A DNA stretch of 64,000 nt. Source: Moniliella sp. 'wahieum'. Its lineage: Eukaryota. Below the pieces are notes generated by a model. The model ran no database searches and had not been told where the DNA came from. It saw only the letters and a list, made by a program, of their open reading frames with translations. The DNA is taken from assembly GCA_003971905.1 (NCBI GenBank), contig RSEE01000016.1, positions 62,001 to 126,000 of the forward strand, given 5' to 3'. Shown here piece by piece: positions 37,072-50,940 of this stretch; positions within the stretch are counted from its first letter, which is position 1, and each line of letters opens with the position of its first letter. Made by a program: the position numbers and the translations under genes.

Positions 37072-37923
37072 TCCAGTGTACTTTTTTTCCCTTTTTAGAG
37101 AGCTTGGGGTTGGCTCTGAAGGTTACGCGTTCTCAATGAGGAACCAGATCAGAGCGTGCCAGCCTCAAGACGTAATCCCTGTCTGATCTGCCATAACTTT
37201 CTTTCGCTTTGTTGTACATTTTCTGCCCTGCCCACGATCTTCATTGACCATTCATTCTTCTCGCAGGAGTCTAAGCTCACAGTGCCATAGTTTGGCCGTC
37301 TCGCTTCTTCCCTGTTCTTCCGCTTCCCCCCATGTCCTCTGTCTTCCTTCTTCCCCACGAACGATTGATATATCCCTTGGTCTAGTCCCGACTCTGGTCT
37401 CTCTCGCCCTTAGCCCCGACTTAGACATCATCGGTCCCATCCGTCATTTATCAGCATCATCCGTCCACTTGTCACATCTCCGCTTTCCCCATGGGGGAGC
37501 GCACTATGCCTGCTGTTACAGGTTATCGACAGCTCGGACGCGATGGGGTCTCCCCCCTCTCGGGCAATCCATGCTTCGTCCAGAACGTTGCTCCCAAGCA
37601 CATGCATCCGCGTCGATCTATACAAGCCGGACTCGGGTCTGGTCAAACTCAATTCGCTCGTGCATCTCTCCGAGCTGAATCCAGTGAGGCATGTGCCCAG
37701 ATTCGCTGTGACTTCCTGCTAGCTCACCTTTCCACACGCTTGAGGCGTGGGAACAAGAGCTGGCTACGTGGTAACGAAAGTAGGTTAAAATGCTGGATGT
37801 GATGGACGTTATTGGACGTGAACAACCTACTGTGACCACGTTGGAGACGGAAAGGCCAGATAATCAAAAGGGGCGGTTGCGGCATAGGTAAACAAAGGAG
37901 GGGATTGCAGTATAAGTAGTTAG

Positions 37924-39240
37924 TTACAGCCGACCCACATGGCTATTGTGTTGCTGAGCAACCATCTCCTGCTCTTCTTTCTTTTCCCGCGCCAATGCCA
38001 ACCAACGGCGACAGCTAAGCCCGACGCTTGCCCGCGGCCATGTCCACACTTCCAGCCAGCCCACCTCGACAAAGTGCGGCTGGCGCGTCGGGCGCAGACC
38101 CAGCCACGTCCTGTGCATCCACAGAGACCATGTGGGACAATCGGGCCACGCCATGTGCACCTCGGCCGCTCGCGGAGTGTGCCTGCCCATCTCGAGAGTC
38201 CAGACGAGTCCGATGGTTGAGGTGGGGTATGAGCTTGCGCTTGGGCCATCGCTTCGAACGTAGCCGGGTACCAAGTCCCGTCCGGATTGGGTTTCCATCC
38301 CATAGCGTGAAACTGAGCCGCTTGAGCGGCCTCCTCGTCCGCCTCTGCCTGCGCCTCGAGCACTTCCGGCGATTCATCCACCCCCTCAGACGCCGGGGCA
38401 GAGGAAAGTGTGCTCCGGGAAAATGGATGGAGGGAAGCTACAAGCGAGGGGGATGGGGAAGGGGCCGCGGAACGGAGCCGTGAGGCGTACGGGGCCCGTG
38501 TGGGGCTGGGCGCGTCGGACGAAACGGAGCGGGAGAAGGGGAGGTGGAGGCGGTGGAGCGAGCGGGGTGGAATAGGATTGGGATGATTGGTGCGAGATCG
38601 AGGGCGTGTGTACGCTTTCAGAGGGGGCAGACTGATCCCGTTGCTTGTTCGGGGTGTGTTGGTGGCGAGGCGGAGGAGGACACTTTTTCAGCCCTCCGAA
38701 CACCGCACGGAACGCCGCATTTCTTTTCCGCTGGGCTAAGTAGCGAGAAGCATTCAGGCCCACCCAGGCGCTTGGCACCTTATCTCCCCCCTCACCTCCT
38801 CTTCCTCCTCTTCTTCCTCTTCCTCTTCCTCCTCTCTTCTTCCTCTTCCTCTTCCTCCCTCCATTCCTCCTCTTCGTTGCTCTATGCCTTATTCTCGGAA
38901 GAACGGTCCAAGGGGTCAATGGATGGCGGACTTTGGGATGAGGGCTCTTTGGCGGTGGGAGCGAAAATAGGAGCGAGTGGTTGGGAAGTGTGCGAGATCC
39001 AGAACCGACCTGGAGGCGGGGGCGTTTGCGTTCTTTCTCCTCAGCCGACGCAGGCGGAGCCGACTTGCGAGATTCGGGACTAGGTTGGTCCACTTGGGGC
39101 TGTGTGTGGAGACACGTTCGGTGGCACAGGCATACATCGGGCACAGAGCTGGGCGGTGGAAGGGTGAGGCCGATGGATGGACTGGGCTCGTAACGACTCG
39201 AGTCGGCGTCAGAGTCCGAGGGATAGGACACAAGCGCCAT
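37924..39240 (-). CDS. Putative PRCC-like (MAD2B-interacting) proline-rich protein
   Basis: N-terminal MALVSYPSDSD, LPPP motifs, acidic tract, GWKPNPDGTWYP and a C-terminal ..QLS.LV.LAREKKEEQE.. segment resembling the PRCC C-terminus. Heavily frameshifted; family assignment is from recollection of motifs. Confidence 0.45.
38797..38875. repeat. (CTTCCT/CTC)n pyrimidine tract (Glu-rich codons on the minus strand)
   Basis: Near-pure C/T run cttcctcctcttcttcctcttcctcttcctcctctcttcttcctcttcctcttcctc. Confidence 0.8.
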
Positions 39241-39257
39241 GATGGTGGTGGTGGTGG

Positions 39258-40640
39258 ATGAGTACGATCGATGAGTATTGGATGATCAATTAGAGTGGTG
39301 CGGGGGATCGATAATCGATGAGCGCTTTTTAGCCATCTTTGGACAACTGCTGCTGTGCCCCGCTCCTGTTTGAAAGTTTGACCTGGTCTGTGCGCATAAG
39401 CGGGTGTCTGTACTGCGTGGAGTGCTGCCCGCTTGTTTCGATCCGATCAATCAACATCAATCGTCTCGAAATTGAAACCATTGAACATGAAACTTTTGAC
39501 TGCCTTGCTCTACAAATGACACGAATCCAAAGAAAATGATTGATGCTGCAATGGCATGCACGTGCCCTATGGACTTCCCACAGCAGCGGAGCTAGGCGCT
39601 AGCGACATGTGCTAAGTACGAAGTACTCACTTTACGTACTCGTGCACTTCTCGCCTCTAGCTTGTTTCAAGCTTCAAGCTTCACGTTCTGCAAGCCTCAA
39701 TGAGGCCTCAGGTCAACGGTCACCGGTCAGGCCCTGAGGCTCAGGCCTGAGGCTCAGGGCTTTACATTCACATGGATCCTGAGCTTAAGCCTCAAGCGCT
39801 TCTCAACCCTGTGATGCATGTGAGGCCGAACGAATTAGAAGAGCAGGATATTGGAAACTGCTGCGCCATGTGGTTGGGGAGGCACACATAGTAGGTGGCA
39901 TACATAGGGACCGCAGGTCAACGAGGTCCTCACTATGTATTGGCGCGTACATCAGGGACTATTCTTTGATGTTGATAGCATGCACTGATTAACTGATTGT
40001 GCTCTTGGAGAGGCGGACGGACAATGGATGATGTCGCGGATGCATAGGTGAGAGCAATGATTAATGATCGATGACTTGATGACCCCATTTATTGAATCTC
40101 AGATCGATTCAGATCACGGTTTGGGCACTTGGGCACTGGGGCGTTTGAGTGGCGTTTGACGCGTAACGTGCGACACTTTGGAAGCTTGAGAGCTCGAAAC
40201 AGGGCGGTTGAGGCCTCCAGCGCGCGGAAGATTGGGTGGGGCAGCACTGCTGCACAACGCCCTGACGTGTGACAGGCATCAGCAACCTGCACCGACCCGC
40301 CCAATTCGGTGCTGATCATGCCCCTGACGTAAATAGACACTGGCGCCGTGCGCTCCCGAGTGGGGTGCACTGGCCACCAAGACAGCCCTGGCAGCTGGAG
40401 GAACGTACGAGCTGGGGGCGCCGCAGCGCAGCTTGGAGCTCGGAATTCAAGTCTGAGAGATCTGAGATCCTGAGATATGAGAACTGAGATATACTGCGGG
40501 CTGAAGCGCCGAAGCGCTGAGCGGCCGAGCGCCGAAAAAAAAAGCTGAGCTTCTGAAGCTTCAATTGAACGTCGGGACGCGTGATAATCACACGAGGCTT
40601 GAGCTTTAGCGCTTGCGCTTCGCTTAGCGCTGGGCCTGCT
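39258..40640. repeat. Cluster of 7-bp palindromic-core arrays in a long divergent intergenic region
   Basis: 39307-39326 ATCGAT-A-ATCGAT-G-AGCGCT; 39667-39683 TCA-AGCT-TCA-AGCT-TCA; 39713-39757 TCA-ACGG-TCA-CCGG-TCA-GGCC..TCA-GGCC-TGA; 40058-40074 TGA-TTAA-TGA-TCGA-TGA; 40455-40490 GATC/GATA cores; 40554-40563 TGAAGCTTCA. Confidence 0.85.
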
Positions 40641-41089
40641 GGGCCTCAGCACGGGCAGTACTTGCCCTTAACTGCGAAAGCAGCACTGCTGCGGGCAGCG
40701 GCTTGGGCTGGCGGCCATGGCTAGTGGCTAGTGGGATGTGGAAGCGTCCCTGGGCATACATAGCGACCCGAGGAGCTGCCTCAGGCCCCAGTGCTCGGCG
40801 CTGGCACTGGGCCAGTGCCTAGTGACTAATGCATGACGTGGGACAAGTGCGTATGACAGACAGCCACCGCAGGCCACTGCGCCAGCCAAGCCACCTGCCT
40901 CTTTGGGGCAGCCAGCCCGCATGCAGCAGCACCCCCGCCTCCTGCACCACCCCAGGGCCACGCCAGGCCACTCCACCCCCCCCCCTCGCCCCATCCCACC
41001 ATCCACCGCCATCCCCATCCCCACCGCCATCCCCACCTCCCCCCCTGCCTTCCTCCCTCCAAGTTGGGCAATGACGGACCCTTCCTCCC

Positions 41090-43499
41090 ATGCCTGCTGG
41101 TGACGCCAATCCGCACCCGCATCCTGTCCTCATGCTCTCTTCTCCCCGCCCCCCGCCTGCCCAGCGCGCAGACTTTGACCCCAACTCTGTGCCCGACACC
41201 GACACCAATCCCAACTATGCTCCCAACGGTTCCGGCAGCTTCGCCGACTCCGACTCAGGCTCCGACCCATCCGGCTCCTCATCCTCCCCTGGCTCCAACT
41301 CCGGCTCGGACGACTGCGACACGCACCCCTCCTTCCCCGCCCACCTCCATTTCAATGTCCGGCCAACCTGCTGCGATCCATTTTTCTCTCGACGTGACTC
41401 CGCCCACTGCCTGTAGCCCAATGAACATTACCTTCGCCCCATTTGGTGTTCCGCCCTATCACGTCACGGTTGCCATCACCAATCAGTACTACTACGCGTT
41501 TGAAATCCCGCAAGACTATGCCCGCTTGACCGGGGTTGTGGACGTACGAGTGGACTGTACCGTTGATCTCTGACAACCAATCGTCTCTCGTCGTGGCCCT
41601 GACCGATACCAGTGGCGCGATGGCCAACACGTCCCTGATCCAAAGTATCGTATCACCCTCCACTCTACCTCAACAATGCCCTTCTCCCTTGCGTCCGGCC
41701 GATTTCGTGTTCTACAGTTCTGGCGCTCCACTTCAATGCGAGCGCTGGAATATCATATTTTATTCAACAATGGCAACTACCACCGCCCTCAGCTCCGACT
41801 TGACTAACAGTCATGCCATCCCTCCTTTTACCATGCAATACTATCCCGAGCAACAACCGCCCATCTCGGTTAACATCCCCATCGGCTCCTGGGACTCCAC
41901 CAATCTTAATGGATCCGCTCGGTCTTGTTGCCCATGCGCGCCGGCACTGCCTTTATGTACACCATGGCCGACTCGGGGGCCTACCCACAGGGGGGAGTGT
42001 CCTTCCGCAACGTGATGGGCTTAGACGAGAATTTTCTCAACGACTCGTGTCTCAACGCGCAGATTCCGGGCTACGGCGCACAACTTCCAAGGCCTAGTGA
42101 GACTGTGGCACCCATGTCGCTGCAGGGGCTACCAGACGATATGTGACCACAACCTTCTCATACACACCGGTTCGCACGTCCACTTCCTCTCCCATTGCTG
42201 CAATCCAAACCGTTGTGAAAGGAAACCCCCTACCTGGTTACCGTTGGAGATCCCAAGTCGCCTCTCTGCCGGCAGTGCAAGTCAACGTTCAGGTCTGACC
42301 CACGGACAGATTGCGGGTGTGGTGGTGGCAGTAGTAGGATGCGCAGTGTTAATGGTGTTTGCCCTGATTTTCGCCCGCTGTCTCGCACGCAAACGTCGAC
42401 GGGATGGTGGTGTGACGGCTTGGGACTTACCTTCTTCTGACGCTGACAAGCGTCCGACGCTGTTCAATGCACAGGCCCCTATTACCGAAGGCATCTTTAC
42501 TGGGCGGACTGCGTATTTCCCGTCCGCAAGCCAGTCGTCAACCGATGCGTTGGCACCTATGCGCGCCTCGGACGTGGCCCAGATGAAGCAGACGCTGCCG
42601 TCGGGAACGGAACTGGCCATATGTCCTGACCAGCAGCGCCGGCGACACCCCATACCCTCTTCTTCCAGCCACTCCGATACCACAATGCGCATCTCTGGTT
42701 TCGACCCCGTCAATGCCTCCCTTCATGGTTGACGCCACAGACTCTAACGCGCTCCTGCGTCCTCCCGCACGCGACGTGCCTTTGATCGTGGTCCCTCTAG
42801 CATAGAGGAAGCACGTTCAGCCTATGTTGGTTCCAGTCTGCGTGGAGCCGGCATGAGCGTGACGAGTCTGAGTCGCCCTCAGAGTTTAGTGCCTCTTCCG
42901 TCAACCCATTCCGTAATGGGGCGAGAGACGAGCACCTTGTCGTCGGATCACAATACGGTTCATATTCGTCAGCACCTTGATGCCGGGGTCATCTTGATGG
43001 ACGACAATGAAGCGGGGGAGGTGGTCGATTTGCCCCCCAGTACGAGTCGCTATCGAGGCCGTATGTGCCCACTCCGTACGGAGGCACAGCCGCGCCTGAG
43101 CCGTACCCGACCTATGCACCCTTGTACCCCACTCCTCGTCCTTACACAACCTATTCGTATTATGTCGGCGACAATGGGTCGCACCTGATCGCCCCCGAGA
43201 TCGAGTCGTACCCGGCTTCCCCGTCCTACTTGGGCCAACCTTCTCAGTTTTCGGATCAATCTCCCGCCATTTTGCCAGCTCATCCCATTACCTTTCCCCG
43301 GTGCCAGCTCTTCCCATCCGATTGGCTCCTCTGCCTCGCGTCCCCTCATCTCCTACTGCCCCCTCTCCGTCTCGGACGATGGTATCGCATCCGTCCGTCC
43401 CCTCAATCCACCCGAACCCACTACGCCTGCCAGGCCTGGTTCAGAGCTCCCCGGCGCCTCGGGTGTTCCTCCAGGTACTTCCTCCCCTGCTGGGAATAG
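41090..43499 (+). CDS. Single-pass type I membrane protein (basidiomycete-type cell-surface protein)
   Basis: Two similar beta-rich ectodomain modules (..PTACSPMNITF..GVPPYHVTV..; ..APLQCERWNIIF..PPFTMQYYP..). TM segment GQIAGVVVAVVGCAVLMVFALIFA followed by RKRRR. Cytoplasmic RQHLDAG...VDLPPQY (PY motif). Frameshifted; start uncertain. Confidence 0.6.
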
Positions 43500-44169
43500 G
43501 GAAGAGGAAAGGGTCGAGGTGGTGGGATGGGATGGGGAGGGACAGGCAGGTTCTGGCTCGATCGCATTCCTACGCCGCCACCTGCCCCACCACGAAGACG
43601 ATAGTATGCGTTCATCGGGGAAGGCCAACAGCTTGGCCCCAACGACACGCTGGCCTGCGCATCGCCGAGACCGCCGAGAAGGCCGGTAGCTTAGCGCGTA
43701 TCCTGCCCGCGCGTCGGAAACGGTGCCCACAGTGTGATCCGTGCTAGTTAATAATGCAATGGGGATTGTTTGGCTGCCCATGTGATCCGATGCTGACGAA
43801 CGCGTCCCTGTGTGTCCCGCCAGTCTAGCCTAGCGTGGTAGTTGTTCTCGCTGCACACCTTGCGTCTCTCCGCCTCGTCGCATCGCATGCTCGGGTAGAG
43901 CACTGCGGCGAGGCACGTATATAGTCGTCCCCGTCTCCGTGTCCCATGCCACCTGCCCGTGCTCGGCACGTGGCGGGCCAACAGAAATGAAACATTGAAG
44001 CCAGGCGAGCAAGGGCCATCCAACCCACCGCTGCGCCGCGCCAGCGCCCAGCGCCCGCGCCAATCGTAGGTCATGGCCGCCATCTCCCCCTCCCCCACCA
44101 CCCCCTGGCACTGCACGCGATGGTGCGTGCCCATGACACCCGCTCGCTCCAGAGTCACGCCCACCCACC

Positions 44170-47100
44170 ATGATGTCCATCGTTTCCCCCGGCCTCGTTG
44201 CTGCCCCCGCCGCTGCAGCCCCAGCGACGGCGACGGCGGCCGTCGCTGCAGCGGGCGCCAGCGCCGGCCCATCTGCCTCGGCCCCTCCCAGCCTGGCGCC
44301 GACGGCGCCGACGACGCATTGTGGCGTACGCCTGCTGCCCGCCGAGCCGAGCGTACTTGGGCGTTGCAGCATGAGCGCACTGCGCTGCGCGACCCAAGCC
44401 AGCGGCGCTACGTGGCTGCCGTCGAGCGCGTTCTGGCTAGCTTTGACTCGGTGAGCGAGTGGGCGGACTTTATTGCCTTTCTTACTCGGCTTGCCAAGAC
44501 GGTGCAGATGCCTGCCGCTGGCTCCGCGTTGTCCCCGCCATCCCAACAAGCATGTGGTCGCCAAACGTCTGTCGCAGTGCCTCAACCCCCTTGCCAGGTG
44601 GCGTGCACACCAAGGCGCTCGAAGTGTATGCATTGATCTCACCCGAATCGGGCGGGATGGGCTGCGGCGCGACCTGGGTGTGTGGACACCGGGTTGCTTC
44701 CCTTTTATGCTGCTGCCGGCCTCTCCTCCCGCAGCCAAATTGTCGACATCTTCACGCGCTTCTACCTCCCTCTCGGCGGAGATGACCTGCGGCCCCTGGC
44801 AGCGGCTTTCGTAGCCGCCATCTTACCCGGCTTGGATGATGAGGCGGCCGAGCACGCGGATGCAACCAACCGGCTTCTGGACCGGCTTGCTTCGTTAATC
44901 GGCTTCCCCTCCTTCGCCTCTGCCCTTTGGCTGGTCACCACCCAAACCGCCAACGTTCGGCGCGCGGCGCTCAACCTCACCCTGCGCGCCTACCCAAACT
45001 CGCCTCGACCCCCCCTCTCGACGGCCGAATTGGAAAACACACTAGGCAGCGACAGGGGGCTTATGCCCGCGCTTTGGCTGCTCTGTCTCCGCGCTGGAGG
45101 TCTGCTCGAGCGCCGATTGTCCTTGGATGTGTTGATTGCCAAACTGCCTCTGTCTAGCGGGCTGTTCCCTCGAGTGATGCACGACGATCCGGACGACAGT
45201 ATGCCCCACGAGAGCCACACCATCGCCACGTCGGATGCGCTCTTACTTGTGGATGCGGCGGCGCGGGTGGTGCTAAGGCGCGACGTGAGCCTCAATCGGC
45301 GTCTCTATGCCTGGCTCCTTGGCTCGGGTTCGGGCAAGCGAAGGAGAGACGGGTGGGCAAGAAGAGTACTTACGCTCTTATACCCTTCCGCTTCTCTCAC
45401 GTGCCCTGATTGGCGCATTCGAACGATTCCACTACCCCCCCGGACAAGACCAACCAACAAGCAGAGCCCGGTGAACCGCAAGAGACGCATCGTACCTTCA
45501 TTGCATTGCTGGACAAGTGGGAGATTGGAAGTGCGCTCACGTCCGAAATCATCTTGGACATTCTAGCTGCGTTTTGGGCTTCGGCGCCCGAGGCACTCCG
45601 CGCTGCGGCCGTCCCGCCCCTATTGCCCGAATCCGGGCAGGAGGAGGCGCCTTTGGACTCGACGGTGGCAGTGGGGACAACAGAGAAGATGCTTCTGGCC
45701 GCGGTGATCCCCAAGTCCTCTACACCCAGCTCGCTCAGGCTATCCAAACCGAACTTTCTGCGTCTGAGCCTTCTTGCTCACTTCGTCCGCCTCTGCTCCA
45801 GTACAGGGATTGCCCAAGCCGACTGGTACGGCGTTGCTCGGCTTTGTCTCACCGCGTTTCCCATTACGGATGATGAGGAGCGCACGGTCCATGTACCAGC
45901 AACTTTGGCCCTCTTCTCTCCCACTCCGCTTGGGGCTGCTCACCTCCTCTTCGGCCCCGAGCCCTGAGAAGAAGGACAAAGTTGGCCGTGCTCTGTTTGC
46001 GGCCCAGCTGGCGCTCAAGCATACCGCCTCAGTGTCTTTTCCTTTTACCACGTTGAACCCGATGCGCCCAAGCCGGGTGGACTGGCGGCTGTGCTGGGAA
46101 ATCTGTATGGTCCAGCCGGTACAATTGGCTTGCCCGAGCTCGAGAATCGCTCGCCGTGCCCCATGCTCCCAACCTGTCCACTCGCACCCTCGGCGACGTT
46201 CTCTCCTCTGACCCTCCTTCGTCGGACCTGCCCCGCTCGAGCCAGGAAGCAACGCGGGCGATTGGATCGGATATGTGGACGCCCGAAGTCGTCATGGAGT
46301 TGCTGGGCGTGGCCGAACTGGTTTTAGCCCAATGTCTCCTGGCCGAACCTTTGGATGGAGCATTGACTTTGCGTGCAGCTGGTATTCTCCAGGGACTGCT
46401 TCGTGCGCTGGACGCTGCGGCGCGCTCGACAGGGCGGGAAGAAAGGGTGGTGGTGCGATGGGTGCCCGATAAGTTGGCCAAGATTGCCCTTCAGCGCCTT
46501 GCTACGTCGGCGGGGGTGCAAGTGGTTCAGGCTGGTCGAGGTGCTGGTGATGTGTGCCACTTGCCGTGCACTGGAGCGGCCTTACCAACTCCGCTCACGT
46601 CCTGCTGTTCAACTCTGACGGATCGCCTCCTCTCCCTCCTCGGGGCAGAGGAAGCGAACCAAGTGAGTGCGGCCACAAGCTCTTTTTATCCCTACAACAA
46701 GCTGCCCCGGTGGGTCTGGTCGAGTCCTGCTCACAGCTCGTTGGTCGCCGGTCCTGCCGTCGCTGCCCCGCCGCGTTGGCAAGGGGGCCTGGGCGATCCA
46801 CCAGCCCGATCGCGCAGGGCAGCGAATCTCTCGCTTGGCGCCTGGGTATCCTCTGGCTTCAATTGGACGAACGCAGCGCCGATACACCTTCCTCCATGCG
46901 CCCTTGCGCTTGGTTCTTTCCGGTCTCTGTGGCCCACCCGGGGTTGCACACCGTCAAATTGCATCGTCCTGGCTCGGGCCTACGTCAAGTCCTTTGCCCG
47001 CGTGGTCGGGCCCATTTTGGTGGATGCCATGTCGGTCCAGGTCATTGTCCGCCCTGCTGACTCGGCGGGGTCGAATTCAGACAATGAGCCTGCCCGCAAG

Positions 47101-50100
47101 GGCGGAACAAGGGGGACGAGTCCCAGGCAGAGTTGTTCCCTCCGCTCGTCTGCACCCAGCCTGCCGACACCGAAGCTCTGGCGAGCAGCGTCGGTCTTCT
47201 GGTTGGAGTAGTCAAAGAAGGTGGGAATACTGCGTTGCGGGCCATGTCAAGCAACCACGTGGGGGGGGCGCCGATCGGGCCTGGTTCGATTCGGGCCAAG
47301 TCGGCAGAGATGCTGGGTGTGGCAGCGTCGCGGGTGGGCTTGGCGCCCGATACGAGCTTGTTGGATGCAGCGGTCATCATGGCCGCCCGGCTCTTGGCTA
47401 CCAATCTGGCGAACCATTAATCCCCACCGCTGGTGCCGGTTGGGCAGCTGTACATGCAGCAGCAGCAGACTTGATCCAAGCAATTGCTGCTCGTCAGAGC
47501 TTGCCTTTGCCTCGCGTGCGCGGCGTTCTGATGGTCCTATTCCGAGCTGTGCGGAGAGCAACAAAGAACGAAACGTCCTGACCCAGGATTCGCTTCTGCG
47601 GGCGCTGCATGACGTTCTCTACACCCGTGTTCCTTCCTTTACCCCTACTGCGTTGGGGGCAGAGACAGTCCCGCCGAGATTCGCCATGCCCGTCGGGCGA
47701 GCGACGATGGGACTCCCCTGGCTACATCTCTTGATGCCTCCCAGGTCGCGGAGCTGCTTCGCATCTTGCGATACGGCATTGTTCCGGGTAACAAGGATGC
47801 TCTTACCCATTGGTCTGACTTTACTCTCTCTGTGCTTCCTGCCGTGAAGGGGCACAGCAAATCGCTCCTTGCCCCGCTGGCTCAGCACTTGTCCAGCTTG
47901 CTCGAACGCGACACGCTGCTTCTCTCTGGGAGAGGCTTGCCCGAGACGGATGTGCTCCTGCTCATGTATCGGATGCTGAGGTGGCGACCCACTTGGCCTT
48001 GGCTGAACGTGCAGTGCTGATGTGTGTGGAAGATGCCATGCCATCGGTCATCGTTCCAGAGACCATGTCAATCCGCTCAGGGCAACGGGACACGTCGAGC
48101 GGGTTGCTGGGGTACGTGACTCGGGCGGCTGGAGGGACGTAGGGACCCCGCCATTGGAAGGGATGCGAGGCGCCAGCCTACCGCTTTGGGCAGCCGAGCT
48201 TCTCTACACCTTGGTGGCCGACGCTCAATCCGCATGGCAAGTCTGTGCCTCGATCGAGCTCGCCTCCACCACACCACGGGACGCTCGTGCGAAAGACATT
48301 CGCCTGCTTACCGCCGCACGCACTCGGGCGCGCTGCCGGCGTACGCTGGAGCGTCTCTATCGCCTCGCTCCGGAGACACGGTTTTGTCGTTGGTGGGTTC
48401 GGCTGCGCAGGTGCACTGGAGTAAGGACGGTACCCGCCACAGCACCACGTTTGTCCCCGTCTTGTTCAGCATTCTCCCTGCCCTGGTCGCGTCGCCTGCT
48501 GTGGCTGTCAACTGTGTGAGCGATGTGGTGACTGGGCGGCGCAAGGCAGACCACCTCCACGTTACCGATACCCTTTTGCTTAGCTTTATCACAGCGTATG
48601 CATCCCATTTGGATGGCGCCGGGGCTGCGGGTGTCTGGCCCGTCGTCGCTGCGATGGGGAGAGATGTGCTGGGCAACACGGCGACAGGGGTCCCTGTCCA
48701 CTTGTGGACAGTGTCCTTCGCGCGGCGACAGGCTTGGCCTCGGCAGCCGCCAAAGATGCCTCGTTTGCATCCGACCGCCGGTTCCGGAAGGACGTGCAAG
48801 ACCAGGTTGTCAAATTGCTCGACTTGTCCGTCTTGGTAGCCGGGCGTGCAGTTGAGTCGTCCACTTCGTCCACTTCGGACTCGTTGGTGGGTGGAGCGCT
48901 TCTGTTCAGCCGCCGTCCAGGGTCAATCACTACGACACCCTGTCCGCTCAGCCTGGCTCTCCTGAAGATGCTGCGCCCGAACCTGATAGCCTGATTGACT
49001 ACATTGCGCACATGGCTTCCACATCCTGCGCCAGCTCGGGGTCGATGCTGATCGTCTGTCGGCCTCGACGAGCAATGCTGTCTACTATTTGATCGTCCCG
49101 CCTTGCGCAACAAACCTCGGTACGTTTTCCCTCATTTGGAGCGATGCAACTTCGGACTGACATTGTACGTGCAGGGATCCTCCTCCCAGTTTAGCTGTGC
49201 TGCAGCTTCTCCATGAGTTGACCACAATGGGGAGCACCCTCAAAGTCTGGCGTTCGATTGTGTTTGAGTCATTTACGGATGGTCGTTTCTTTTCTCAGCC
49301 AGCTTCGGCCATGAAGTGTGGGCGCCGATTATGTGCAACACTTACAGTCTTGACAAGGAGCGCATGATTGACACGATTGCGCGCGTCGGTGCGCCCTCAG
49401 TGCCAATATCAACATTTTTGCCAACCGCGAGGCCGAAACGCGTCTGCGTGCGCTCAACGTCCGTCGACTCGCTTCCTGGTCTATGCAGGAGAGATGGACC
49501 ATTGGCTTCCTCAGCTACCCATGATTCAAGAACGGGTGGTAGACCTCCTCAAGACAAGCGCTCAGCCATCCATCCAGGTCGAAACGTGGCTCGTGCTCCG
49601 CGTGCTTTTTACCCGCTTCAATGGTCAACACCTTTCGCCCCTCTGGCCTAACATTATTGCCGAATGGTGCGTAACCCCCTGTACTTTGAACGGGATGAAC
49701 TTGCTAACCATCTGATTCTATGCAGGTCTCAACTCTTGAGCCACTCACCGACGCAGATCTGATGCCGGCTGAGGGATCCAGTCAATCCAGGTCATCTGGG
49801 CGGTGGCCAAGTTCCTCGACCTGATGCTCACTCTCCAGATTCCTGATTTCCAGATGTACGTGATCGATCAATTGTGTCCAACGATACTAACTCTTTCTCA
49901 TTTCCAGCCAACAATGGCTCTTCATCACGGATACGTCAGATGTGCTTTATCCACCTGAGGGCTGGTTACCTGAGGGCCTTCTGGAACGGGTTGCCGCCGC
50001 CCTGGTCGAGCGAGTCCCGCCTTCCATTGCTGCTGCCGCTCAAGCGTCCACCCCCCGTCGCTCAGCGACAACGGAAACGGCGACCAAAGAAATCTCCAGC

Positions 50101-50434
50101 CCTGGTACGCCAACTCGGCCAAAGGTCCTGCTACCCCGTTCGCCCTGCGCACCCTACAAAGGGAAGTCGTGCTGCGACAGCCGCGCACGAGGCAGCACTC
50201 GCGCCGCAGCGGCGCAAACCGATGCTCCCGGCAGGCGAGAGCGGGAGCGTGGCCCGTTGCTCTGGTTTTGCACTCAGGCAGCCCAACGGTCGTACGAGAG
50301 TGTGTATGCATCGAGCGCACGATTCCCTGCGTAGCGACGGGACGGCCAATGGACCAGCGCCGTCAGGCAACGGTGGTGGTGTTGACTTGGCTGCCGTTGA
50401 TCAAGGCCTGCTGGCGGACATGCTCGACAGCTGA
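44170..50434 (+). CDS. DOP1: Dopey/Dop1 Golgi-endosome trafficking protein
   Basis: Dopey N-terminal domain RRYVAAVERVLASFDSVSEWADFIAFLTRLAK, VAKRLSQCLNP..GGVHTKALEVY, ILPGLDDE, LRRDVSLNRRLYAWLLG. C-terminal HLSPLWPNIIAE, KFLDLML..FQ..QWLFITD. Introns 49120-49174, 49667-49725 and 49856-49907. Many frameshifts. Confidence 0.92.
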
Positions 50435-50940
50435 TTTTGCATCCTGGATATCCATCCTTTTCATCTCGGCGGGTGGGAACGTGCGGGCGGAAAGTAGTCA
50501 AAAAGTGTAGCTGATGTTAGCTCATGTGGCCGCGAAGAATCTCCAAGTACTATTAGTAGCAGCTGGGCCGTTTACGCCTCCAAAAGAGGGTTGCCAGCCA
50601 TTCTAAAAAAGCAATAAGTCGGTCCAGTGCAGGCGAGTTGCAGCCCAGGCAACGGCAATTGCCTATCCGCCAGGTTATACCCCCTCGCCCATTCCTGCCC
50701 ACATGTGGCCAGTTGCGCGGCGGACAAGCCGAAGTGCCGCGACTGCAGGAAAACGCAGAGCGCGGAGAAAAAACAGCTGTGACGAGCTAACCAAATTTCT
50801 AACTCGCCTCGTGCCTTGGCGGAGACAGGTCTTTGAAATTGGGCCCACCACTCCCTTCAAGCTTCAAGCAGGCTTCAGGTGCGGATTATTGGGCCTGCTC
50901 CTCCTACCTCCAACCACCTCTGTTGCGCCCGCTCATCACC

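Noticed and set aside
37872..37895. GGTTGCGGCATAGG resembling the 5' end of a 5S rRNA
   Set aside because: The similarity does not extend; no internal A/C boxes or 3' pairing strand.
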